64,000 bases of DNA from NCBI GenBank assembly GCA_963724295.1, contig CAVRUC010000008.1, positions 256,001-320,000 on the forward strand, in the 5' to 3' direction. Numbering within the stretch: position 1 is the stretch's first letter; each line of letters opens with the position of its first letter. The stretch comes from an uncultured Chloroflexia bacterium. GTDB lineage: Bacteria; Chloroflexota; Chloroflexia; Thermomicrobiales; UBA6265. Both the position numbers and the translations under genes were made by a program. This document shows, piece after piece, positions 29,557 to 38,925 of the stretch. The notes below the pieces were generated by a model. It made no database searches, was not told the origin of the DNA, and saw only the letters and a list, made by a program, of their open reading frames with translations.

Positions 29557-30918
29557 TCAGGCGGTCGCTGGTCTCTGCGCTCCGGACTCTCCCAGTTTTT
29601 CGAGGAGCAGCGTCTCGGCGACGATCATCCGCTCTAGCTCGCCCAGGTCGAGGCTCTCGTTGGCGGCGTGGACCTGAGAGCGCTCGTCGCCGGGTCCCCA
29701 GACGACGAACTCGGCGTCCGGGGCCAGCCGCTGCAGAGTAGTCAGCAATGGGATGGTGCCGCCGGAGCCGGTTACTTTTGGTTCGGTCTCGAACGCCTCG
29801 GCGGCTGCCTGCCGCGCGGCGGCGAAAACCGGGCCGTCCGTCTTCCCCATGAAGGCGTCGCCGGTGTGCACCGGCACGGTGACCACCTCGACACCCCACG
29901 GCGCGGATGCGTGGAGATGCTCCATCAGCAGCCGCACCGACTCCTCGGGATCCGAGCCCGGCGCGATGCGTAGCGAGACACGCGCTTTCGCCTCGGGGAT
30001 GAGGCTGTTGGAGGCGCCCTCGGTCGGCGGGGCATCGAGCCCGATGACCGTCACCGACGGTTTGGCCCAGAGACGCGAGGCGAGCGTCCCCGTGCCCATC
30101 AGCCCGACCCCGGGAAGCACGCCAGCCGCCGCCCGAAAGTCGTCCTCCGGGATGCCACCGCCCTCCCATTCGAACCGGGTGAGACCGGGGATGGCCACGT
30201 CGCCGTACTCGTCGAGCAGGTCGTCCAGGATGCGGATCAGCGCCATCAGGGCGTCCGGTGCGGCGCCACCGTAGGCGCCGGAGTGAGCCATCCCCTTGAG
30301 CGAGCGCACGGTGACGTCGCAGGCGGCGATGCCGCGCAGCGCGGCTGTCAGCTCGGGCTCACCCGCCTTCATGTTGCCGCCGTCGTTGATGACGAAGGCG
30401 TCACAGCGCACCAGGCTAGGGTTGGCGGCGACGAGTCTCTCCAGATTGCTCCCCGTCTCCTCCTCACCTTCCATCAGCACCCGGATCCCCACCGGCGGCT
30501 CACCGCCGAACAGGCGCAGCGCGGTGGCGATGATCATCACACCGGACTTGTCGTCGGATGCCCCGCGGCCGTACATCCGCCCGTCGCGAATCTCCGGCTC
30601 GAACGGATCCATGTCCCACCCCTGCTCCAGGGGTGCGGGCTGGATGTCGTAGTGGGCATAGAGCAGGATCGTGGGTGCGCCGGGAGGGGCCGGGATCTCG
30701 GCGTAGACGGCGGGGTAGCCCCCAGGCACGTCGAGCAGCCGCGCGCCGGGAACCCCGTAACGGTGCAGCAGATCCACGACCGCCTCCGCCGTCTGCATGA
30801 CCGGCTCGGAAGGAAAGCCGGGGAAGGCGCAGGACGGAATGCGGACCAGGGCGGCGAGGTCTTCGGTCACGTCCGCCATGATCCCCTCGGCGAGCGTGCG
30901 GACGGTATCGACCGGCAT
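29557..30918 (-). CDS. M20/M25/M40 family dipeptidase
   Basis: Motifs 'LLYAHYDIQP', 'GRGASDDKSG', 'EGEEE', 'HSGAYGG' and 'HAANES'. Confidence 0.9.
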   Translation of the reverse strand: MPVDTVRTLAEGIMADVTEDLAALVRIPSCAFPGFPSEPVMQTAEAVVDLLHRYGVPGARLLDVPGGYPAVYAEIPAPPGAPTILLYAHYDIQPAPLEQGWDMDPFEPEIRDGRMYGRGASDDKSGVMIIATALRLFGGEPPVGIRVLMEGEEETGSNLERLVAANPSLVRCDAFVINDGGNMKAGEPELTAALRGIAACDVTVRSLKGMAHSGAYGGAAPDALMALIRILDDLLDEYGDVAIPGLTRFEWEGGGIPEDDFRAAAGVLPGVGLMGTGTLASRLWAKPSVTVIGLDAPPTEGASNSLIPEAKARVSLRIAPGSDPEESVRLLMEHLHASAPWGVEVVTVPVHTGDAFMGKTDGPVFAAARQAAAEAFETEPKVTGSGGTIPLLTTLQRLAPDAEFVVWGPGDERSQVHAANESLDLGELERMIVAETLLLEKLGESGAQRPATA

Positions 30919-30997
30919 AGTTCCCCTCTCAATCACGTGAGGACGAATTCCCGGAGGTTGTATAGCAGGACGCGGGCCGCAATGGATCGCTCGTGCC

Positions 30998-31702
30998 TCA
31001 ATCGAAAAAATGCATCCTGAGGTCCCGGAAGCGCTCCAGGACGAGCAGTTTTCCTGGTCCGGCTTCGCCGTTGATGTCCTGATGCTCCAGCCGCCAGGTG
31101 GCGTGGTGCGGAATGAACACCGCGTTGAGCCCGATCGCCAATGCCGGGTTGATATCCGACTTCGGCGAGTTGCCGATCATCCAGGTCCGCGCCGGATCGA
31201 CCTCCAGCTGCGCCACGAGACTCTGATAGGCCGCGGCGTCCTTCTCCGGAACGACGGCGGCATGCCGGAAATAGCTTCCTAATCCGGAGCGGTCGATCTT
31301 CATCCGTTGTTCCTCGGGATGGCCCTTCGTCATCAGGGTGAGATCGTGCCGCTCGGCGAGGAGGGCGAGCGTTTCCTCGACACCGTCGATCAGCTCGATC
31401 GGCTGAGACAGGATCCGCTCGCCGAAGGCCATGACCGTGCGCAGGTCGTCCTCGGCAATATCGCGCTCGGCCAGGTGCTCGTAACAGCGGACCAGGTTGC
31501 GGCTGAAAGCAGCCGAGCCGTAGCCCTGAGCTCCGAAGTTCGCCTGCTCGATCTCATCGAGGACGGTCCGAGCCTCTTCTCGCGTCAGCGTCGAATGGGC
31601 CAGGAAATCGAGGAAATCCTCGATGGCCCGCTCGAAGTGGATGTTGTTCTCCCAGAGGGTGTCGTCCGCGTCCAAGATGAGATGGTGGCGCCCTGATATC
31701 AC
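30998..31702 (-). CDS. HAD family hydrolase
   Basis: Motifs 'LDADDTLWENN', 'TKG' and 'MIGNSPKSDINP'. Confidence 0.9.
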   Translation of the reverse strand: MISGRHHLILDADDTLWENNIHFERAIEDFLDFLAHSTLTREEARTVLDEIEQANFGAQGYGSAAFSRNLVRCYEHLAERDIAEDDLRTVMAFGERILSQPIELIDGVEETLALLAERHDLTLMTKGHPEEQRMKIDRSGLGSYFRHAAVVPEKDAAAYQSLVAQLEVDPARTWMIGNSPKSDINPALAIGLNAVFIPHHATWRLEHQDINGEAGPGKLLVLERFRDLRMHFFD

Positions 31703-32688
31703 TAGTGACAGTCGCCGACTCCCCTATCGCGGTGCGCTTTCGAGCCGGCGGTCACGAAGCGCCAGCTATAGTCCCCAGCTCGAAGTCTCAGTTTGAGGAT
31801 GCCCGCCGTGCCGGTGATGCGAACCTCGCTGTTGTGCTCCGGTGGCCCGAATCCGGAGAAGCTCGCTCCACCCGTGCCGACGATGAATTGGCGAATCCCT
31901 CGCGATGGGTCCGCGTCGCCCGTCGGATCCTGGGGAGCGAATCGCTCATAGTTATGCTCATGCCCCGACAGCACAATATCGGCTCCATACTCGTAGAGTG
32001 TTTCCCATAGTGGTCGGACCTCCGTGATGTTGCCGTGCTTGTTGCCCGAGGTAAAGAGCGGGTGGTGCCAGTACGCAAGCGTGCAATCCGCGTTGGACGC
32101 CCTTAGATCGGCCCGCAGCCATCGCACCTGTCGCGAGCGTCCGTCGCAACCACCGATCTCGGCGCAGTTGGAGTTGAGTGCGATGATGTGCCAATTTCCG
32201 AGGTCGTAGCTGTAATACCCCGTGTTTGGGTCTCCGGCGGCCGATCCGAAATAATTGAAATATCCCGAAGCTCGTCTTGTCTTGTACTCGTGGTTTCCCA
32301 CCGCCGGCCGGGTGCGGTCTTTGTGGCGACCCCAACTTCGATCGTAACAACGCTTGAACTCGGAGCGAGATCCCGACTCGTAGGCGAGGTCACCGAGAGT
32401 GATCACGGTGCCCTCGAAGCGATCGAGTAGATCAGCGGTCGCCTCGTCGCCAGGCGAGTCACAGGAGGCGATATCCCCGGCGGCCAACAGCAAGGCGACG
32501 CCTGCCCGGCCATGACCGCGCTGTTGACGACCAGCCACGGCGCGGGGGTCTTCCCCGACGCTACCCGCGGCTTCCGCCTGCGGCTTCCGATCTCCTGACA
32601 CCGTGACCGGGCCCGCTGCCAGAGGGACCAACGTGCCCCCGAGCAGCAACAGCAACAGCACCGTCAGCCGAATCAACGGAATGGACAA
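31702..32688 (-). CDS. Secreted calcineurin-like metallophosphoesterase
   Basis: Signal peptide, 'AAGDIA', 'LGDLAY', 'GNHEY', 'WHHP' and 'GHEHNYERF'. TTG start after GGAGGGAG. Confidence 0.9.
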   Translation of the reverse strand: MSIPLIRLTVLLLLLLGGTLVPLAAGPVTVSGDRKPQAEAAGSVGEDPRAVAGRQQRGHGRAGVALLLAAGDIASCDSPGDEATADLLDRFEGTVITLGDLAYESGSRSEFKRCYDRSWGRHKDRTRPAVGNHEYKTRRASGYFNYFGSAAGDPNTGYYSYDLGNWHIIALNSNCAEIGGCDGRSRQVRWLRADLRASNADCTLAYWHHPLFTSGNKHGNITEVRPLWETLYEYGADIVLSGHEHNYERFAPQDPTGDADPSRGIRQFIVGTGGASFSGFGPPEHNSEVRITGTAGILKLRLRAGDYSWRFVTAGSKAHRDRGVGDCH

Positions 32689-32709
32689 GCTCTCCCTCCC
32701 TGGAAGAGA

Positions 32710-32916
32710 TCAATAGCCATGATCGGCAACGCGGGATTCCCGATTCGTTTGAAGAATAGCTGGCATTTCCGGAGGAGCACCACCTGGCTCGGCAGCGATC
32801 GCCATCTGACCGGACATCGGGTTGCGTTCGCGAGGCCTTCCGAACTTGAGGTAGAGCGTGGGCACGACGAAGAGATTGAGGAGCGTCGACGTGGCCAGCC
32901 CACCCAGGATCACGAC
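32710..32916 (-). pseudogene. Orphan 3' fragment of an RND permease gene
   Basis: Encodes [26 protein letters not shown]. Nucleotides 32843-32916 match 35250-35323 at 68/74 positions. Confidence 0.85.
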
Positions 32917-34397
32917 GCGATTCCATGGCGGCCAGGCAGGCTGACCTCGACGCGGGTGCCGTGATCAATGCGACTCGTCAGGGCAATTGTCCCACCGTGG
33001 GCCTCCACAATCGCTCGGCAGATTGCGAGACCTAACCCTGTGCCCCCATTGGCCCTCGCGCGGCCCGGGTCGACGCGATAGAACCGATCGAAGACTCGCT
33101 CTTGGTCAGCGGTCTGGATACCGCAACCAGTGTCAGACACCCACAATTGCACCTCGGTGGCGGCAGATCGACAGCCAACAGTCACAGTCCCCGAACGCGG
33201 TGTGTGGGCGAGCGCGTTATCAATCAGATTGACCAAGACCTGAACCAGCTTAGCCTCATCTGCCTCGAGTGGAGCAGGTTCCGCTTCAGCCCGCAGGTCG
33301 ATGCCGGCCTCGTCAGCTACTGGGGTGTACTGCTCGAGGATAAGCGCCACCGTATCGGCGAGATCGAACGCACTACGGTCCAGGACAAGGCGCCCGGCGT
33401 CCGCTCGGGAAAGCGTCAAGAGTGTGCTGACCAGACCCGTCATGCGCTGCAGATCACCGTCAAGTCCTTGCAGTGCCTCGCGGTACGCGACCGCCGAGCG
33501 CGATCTCGCCAGCGCGATGTCCACCTGGGCGCGCATCAAACTCAGTGGGGTGCGCAATTCGTGCGCGGCATCGGCCGTAAATTGGCGCTGGCGTTCGAAT
33601 GCGTCCTCGATCCGAGCGAGCATCCCGTTGAACGTCTGTGCGAGGCGGCCAAGCTCATCATCTGGCAAGTCAAGCTGCAGCCGGGCATGGAGGTCTTGTG
33701 CCCCCACTCGGGCAGCCAGATCGGTAATCGCTGCAACCGGAGCGAGCGCACGGCCCGCCAGAAGGTAACCGCCTCCGGCGGACGCCAGGAGCAGGAGCGG
33801 GCTAACCAGGGCAAAGACCGCAAGCAACTGCGCTAGCGGCTCATCAACGTCGTCGCGATCCAGACCAAATTGAAGCGCACCGACAATCGCATTGTTTGAA
33901 GTGTCTCGTACCGGCTCGGTGACTATTCGAAAGACCACTTGGTGGTCGGTACCTTGTTCACCCTGATCGATGGGGCCGCTTTCGTTGCTCGTGTCACTCT
34001 GAGCTGATTCGTCAGTTGGGTCATTCGGAACGATGAGGGTAGAAAATTCGGTATTTCCCGCAAGGGCGCGAGTAACAACAGCGCGATCCCACGATATTTC
34101 GGTGGGGTTAGGGCTCGCATCGGCAATGACACGGCCATCCACATCAAACAACCGCAAAAAATACTCACTACTCTCACTACTCAACTGTCCCGCGGTCGCG
34201 AAAGCCGGTATGCCATTTTGGATCGTGATATTGGCACGCGCGAGGTCCGCCTGATCGAGGAGTTGATCGTCAAAGCTCTCGTAGAGGCGTGCGCGCAGCC
34301 CAATGAAAACAACGCTTCCGCCCAGCACCAGAGTCACGCCCAGGAGGGCCGTGAACCAGAGCGTTAGCCGCCAACGGACTGGCAAACGACGTGTCAC
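32910..34397 (-). CDS. HAMP sensor histidine kinase (heavy-metal sensor/BaeS-like)
   Basis: Two TM segments, HAMP 'DELGRLAQTFNGML', H-box 'ADAAHELRTPL', 'NLIDNA', 'DTGCGI', 'FDRFYR' and 'GTGLGLAI'. Confidence 0.94.
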   Translation of the reverse strand: MTRRLPVRWRLTLWFTALLGVTLVLGGSVVFIGLRARLYESFDDQLLDQADLARANITIQNGIPAFATAGQLSSESSEYFLRLFDVDGRVIADASPNPTEISWDRAVVTRALAGNTEFSTLIVPNDPTDESAQSDTSNESGPIDQGEQGTDHQVVFRIVTEPVRDTSNNAIVGALQFGLDRDDVDEPLAQLLAVFALVSPLLLLASAGGGYLLAGRALAPVAAITDLAARVGAQDLHARLQLDLPDDELGRLAQTFNGMLARIEDAFERQRQFTADAAHELRTPLSLMRAQVDIALARSRSAVAYREALQGLDGDLQRMTGLVSTLLTLSRADAGRLVLDRSAFDLADTVALILEQYTPVADEAGIDLRAEAEPAPLEADEAKLVQVLVNLIDNALAHTPRSGTVTVGCRSAATEVQLWVSDTGCGIQTADQERVFDRFYRVDPGRARANGGTGLGLAICRAIVEAHGGTIALTSRIDHGTRVEVSLPGRHGIAS

Positions 34398-35068
34398 GGA
34401 TCGGTTGTGAAGCGATATCCAGCCCCACGCACAGTCTGGATCAACTCCCCCGGATAGGGATCGTCCAGTCTGCGCCGGAGCTGCCGGATGTGGACATCGA
34501 TGACGTTCGTCACGTTCGGGAAATCGGAGTCCCAGGCATGTTCGGCAATCATGGCCCGGGTCACGACTCTTCCCGGCTGTCGCATCATGTATTCCAGGAT
34601 GCGAAATTCCTTCTTTGGCAGAACAACCTCATCTGCGCCGCGCCAGACCCGGCGGCTCGCTGGGTCGAGCCTGACACTCCCACCCTCCAGGACTACCGGC
34701 ACGGCTTCGGCTGGTCGTCGGTAGAGCGCCCGAAGTCGCGCCGCCAGCTCTACAAACGCAAATGGCTTGACCAGGTAATCGTCGGCCCCCGCGTCAAGCC
34801 CTGCTACCCGATCGCTGATTGCGTCGCGCGCGGTGAGTAGCAAGATTGGCGTGTGGACTCGTTCCTGGCGCAGGCGCTGGCAGACGGCGAATCCGTCGAT
34901 ACCGGGGAGCATGATATCCAGCACGATCGCGTCATAGTCGGTGACGGCAACCCAGTCGAGCGCCTCTTCGCCAGAGCCGGCAAGATCGACCCCATGCCCC
35001 TCTTCGGTGAGCCCCTTGCGCAAAAGTGTTGCTAGTCGGGTCTCGTCCTCGACAACCAGGATACGCAT
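34394..35068 (-). CDS. OmpR/PhoB-family response regulator
   Basis: Motifs 'MRILVVEDE', 'LDIMLPG', 'LTAR', 'GADDYLVKPF', 'VIDVHIRQLRRRL' and 'TVRGAGY'. Confidence 0.95.
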   Translation of the reverse strand: MRILVVEDETRLATLLRKGLTEEGHGVDLAGSGEEALDWVAVTDYDAIVLDIMLPGIDGFAVCQRLRQERVHTPILLLTARDAISDRVAGLDAGADDYLVKPFAFVELAARLRALYRRPAEAVPVVLEGGSVRLDPASRRVWRGADEVVLPKKEFRILEYMMRQPGRVVTRAMIAEHAWDSDFPNVTNVIDVHIRQLRRRLDDPYPGELIQTVRGAGYRFTTDP

Positions 35069-35110
35069 GACAGAGTCGCTTTCCGTTCCCTGTCTACCCG
35101 GGAGTGAGCC

Positions 35111-35144
35111 GGCATTCCCAGAGAACACGATCTCCGGGAATGCC
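35111..35144 (-). terminator. Hairpin downstream of the RND operon
   Basis: GGCATTCCCAGAGA-N6-TCTCCGGGAATGCC, 13/14 complementary. Confidence 0.5.
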
Positions 35145-35191
35145 AGCGGTAGCCCCAATTGACAGACGGTTTCGACGGTCCTCCGTGAGGA

Positions 35192-38100
35192 TTAGTCGCC
35201 CGCGCCCGCCAGCTGACCAGCCAACGAATTAGGTTCGCGTTGCCTCCCAAACTTGAGATAGAGCGTGGGCACGACGAAGAGATTGAGCAACGTCGAGGTG
35301 ACCAACCCACCCAGGATCACGACCGCCATGGGGTGCTCGATCTCGTGACCGGGGATGCTGCCAGCAACCACCAGGGGCACTAGCGCTAAGCCCGTTGCCA
35401 GCGCCGTCATCAGGATGGGCGACAAGCGCTCCCGCGCTCCGCGCAACACCAGTCCTGGCCCAAACGGCTCGCCCTCTTCGCGCTCCAGATGTTGGTAGTG
35501 GCTGATCAGCATGATGCCGTTGCGGGCCACGATTCCCAGCACCGTCAGGAAGCCGACCAGCGATCCGAGCGAGATCACGCGGTCACTCGCGTACGTTGCC
35601 AGCAGCCCTCCAACCAGGGCTATCGGCAAGGTCAGGAAGACCAAGATCGCCAGACGCACGTTGCCGAAGGACGCGACCAGGAGGAGAAGAACGAGGACCC
35701 CGGCAATGGCCGCGAATCCGACCAGGGTCTGCTGCGCGGCCTGCCTCTCGGCCCATTCTCCAAGGACTTCGGCGTGGTACTCGAGCGGGAAATCGACCGT
35801 TTCCAAACCCCGCTCGATGTCGGCGACGACGGATCCCAGATCACGCCCGCGAACATTGGCCGTCACGTCCAGGCGACGCGAGAGATTCTCATGGACAATC
35901 GCGTTCGGATTCGGCGCCACCCGCACCTCGGCGACGTCGCCAAGCCGTACCTCACCACCATCAGGGGTGTCGATCAACATTTCATGAACGTCGGTCAGGC
36001 TCTGACGGGTCTCAGGCTCGCTCCAGACCATGACGTCGTAGGCTTGGCCATCCCGGTAGATGTCGCCTACCTCTTCACCCGCCATCAGTGTGGCTGCCGC
36101 GCGGCGGATCTCGCCAGGCGCGAGGCCATACCTCTGAGCCGCGGCGAGGTCGACCTCGACTTCAACCTGCGGCACATCAACCAGGAGCTCGACGTGCTGT
36201 TCGACGACGCCGTCGACCCCCGCGAGAACCTGCTCGACCTCGTTCGCCTTGGCACGCAGAACATTCAGGTCCTGGCCATAGATGCGCACGACGATCGCTT
36301 CGCCCGCACCGGTCAGCACCTCCCGGATCCGTTCCTTGAGATAGGTCTGGACGTCACGATAGAGCCCAGGATAGCCCTCGACGACATCCACGACAGCGGC
36401 CCGCGTCTGATCGTAGTCGACCGCGGGGTCGACGCTGATCCAGTTCTCGCCGAAGTAGATGCCGTACACCTCGTCACCCAGGAGGGCCTGCCCAATGTGG
36501 GCCCCGAAGTTACGAACCCCGGGAATCGCGCGCAGCTCCTTGCTGGCCAGGGTCGTGACCCGCACTTCCTCCGGGTGCGACGTGGAGGGATCGGTTACCC
36601 AGTGCATCAAGAAGTCGCGCTCCTTGAACTCCGGCAGCAACGACTGACCAAGTTGCGGTACGGTCGCGATGCCGAGCAACGCGACGAGCCCGACGGTAGC
36701 GAATGCGTACCGTGGCCGCCGCACGATTCGCTCCAGGAGCGTTCCCGTAGTGTCGCTGCAGCCACGGCACGACTCGGGGAGACGCGTCGCTCCAGCGGGG
36801 CGTTGCGCAGCAGGATCAGCGCCAATGCGGGTGTGACGGTCAGCGCCACCACCATCGAGGCCAGCACCGCCAGCGCGTAGGAGATAGCCAGCGGCCGGAA
36901 GAAGGCCCCGGAGAGCCCGCTCAGGAAAAAGACGGGCAGGAGCACCGCGGCATCGATCAGGGTGGCGTAGACAATGGCACTGCGGACCTCCAGTGAGCCA
37001 TCGAGCACGATGGCAGCTGTTGATTTGGTGCTCCCTTCCTGGCGCGCCTGGCGGAGTCGACGGGTGATGTTCTCGACGTCGATGATGGCGTCATCGACAA
37101 CCACCCCGACGGCGATGATGAACCCGGCTAAGACCATCGTGTTGATCGCTGCCCCACGCAGGTAGAGCACCAGCCCAGCGGCGACCAGCGACAAGGGAAT
37201 GGCCACAACGCTGATCAGCGCCGTCCGCCACTCAAAGAGGAAGGCGATGAGGACTAGAACGACGAGCAGGCAGCCGAGAATCAGCGCTCTGGTCAGGTTC
37301 TCGATGGAGATCTCGATGAAGCTGGCAGGCCGGAAAATGGTTGTGTCCATCTCTAAGCCAGGCAGACCGGGACGCAGCTCGTCGATCGCCGCCTCCACCT
37401 GACGCGTGACTTCGAGCGTGTTGCCCCAGGGGAGCTTCTCGACGATGAGCATCAGAGCCGGGACCATCGTTGATGACGGCGTCACCAATGAGCGGCTGGT
37501 GATCCCAGACCACCGAGGCGACGTCACCCAGGCGCAGCGCCTCTCTCTCCTCGGTCTCGATTGGCACCTGCGCCAGATCGTCAGGAGTGACAAGGGGGAG
37601 GACATGTTGAATCGCAAGGCGTTGATTGGGGGTGTCGATGAATCCCCCGGTGCCGATCACCGCCCCCTCGGAGAACCGAAGAAGCCCGGCGTCCAGGGAG
37701 TCCGCGGTGACCTCCATCACATCGTTAAGTGAGACGTCGTGTTCCAGCATCCGTTCCGGATCGACCTGGACCTGCATCTGCTGCAGGCGCTCGCCCCACA
37801 TGGCGACGTTGGCCACGCCAGGAACAGCCAGGAGCCGCGCCCGGATCTTCCAATAGGCGATCATCGACATTTCCATCAGATCCATGTCATCTGAGGAAAG
37901 CCCGATCTTCATGACGCGGCTGGTCGACGAGAGCGGCTGCAACATGACGGGTGGTGCGGCCCAGGTCGGCAGGTCGGCCGTGACCGTGGCCATGCGCTCG
38001 GAGACCAATTGCCGCGCGGCCATGAGGTCGGTGCCCGGCTCGAACAGCATCACCACCGATGAGTACTGGGGAACCGACTTGGAGCGCATCACATCGAGCC

Positions 38101-38329
38101 CCGGCACACCGCTGAGCGCCTGCTCCATGGGGATGGTGACCAATGCCTCCACATCGGCCGCGGAGAGACCGAAGCAGATGGTGTGCACTTCGACCTTCGG
38201 CGGCGCGAACTCAGGGAAGACATCGACCGGCATGGCGCGCAGCTGCCCGCTGCCGAAGATCAACAAGGCCGCGGCCAAACCGACGATGAGGAAGCGAAAC
38301 TTCAGACTCGAGGCAACAATCCAGCGCAT
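35192..38329 (-). CDS. RND efflux permease (CzcA/CusA/AcrB superfamily), copy 2; three +1 frameshifts (~37456, ~36773, ~36743)
   Basis: N-terminus '[15 protein letters not shown]', TM4 '[14 protein letters not shown]', then 'ARNGIML', '[11 protein letters not shown]' and '[18 protein letters not shown]'. Three track ORFs join into about 1040 aa. Confidence 0.88.
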
Positions 38330-38437
38330 CGACCTGCCCCTCCGGGCACCACTAGTGCCTCAGATTCTTTGCACGAGCACTTCGTGGTGAACCGGGCAGA
38401 CTCGCGTCGGCGGGGACGCGAGCGCCAGAACGCCTAC

Positions 38438-38890
38438 TTAGTGGCCGAGACCGGACTCGGCGCCGAGCAACTCCGCCCCGCCGATGGTGACCACTTCGGT
38501 GCCAGCATCAGGGCCCGCGGTGAGAATGGCCTTGTCGCCCTCGATGCGCTCGATCTCGATGGCTTCGCGCACGAAGACACGCGGCTCTGGACTGGTGTAG
38601 GCCCAGGTCCCGCCATCCGGGGAGTAGATGACCGCCGCATACGGGATGATCTTGCGCGGAGCGCCGCTCGACGCATCATCGGCTACCGGAGTCGTGGCGA
38701 GGGCAATCCGCTCGGCCGCCCGCTCAGACAACACGATGCGACTGAGGCTGCCGCCTTCGATCGGCTCGACGTATGCTGGTTCGCTTTGGCCCACGCTGGT
38801 TTCATCGGCAGCTACACCCGAATACACGACGAGCCCCAGCGCACTGATCAGTACGAGGGTGACGACCCAGGAACGGCGGTGAGCTTTCAT
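38438..38890 (-). CDS. Small exported protein resembling the membrane-proximal portion of an RND adaptor (MFP)
   Basis: Signal/TM helix; 'IIPYAAVIY..DG.TWAY' and 'LTAGPDAGTEVVTIGGAELLGAE' resemble MFP C-termini. Located between the two RND genes. Confidence 0.7.
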   Translation of the reverse strand: MKAHRRSWVVTLVLISALGLVVYSGVAADETSVGQSEPAYVEPIEGGSLSRIVLSERAAERIALATTPVADDASSGAPRKIIPYAAVIYSPDGGTWAYTSPEPRVFVREAIEIERIEGDKAILTAGPDAGTEVVTIGGAELLGAESGLGH

Positions 38891-38925
38891 GACGCGTTGT
38901 CCTCCGACCCTATCAAGGCGATCCG

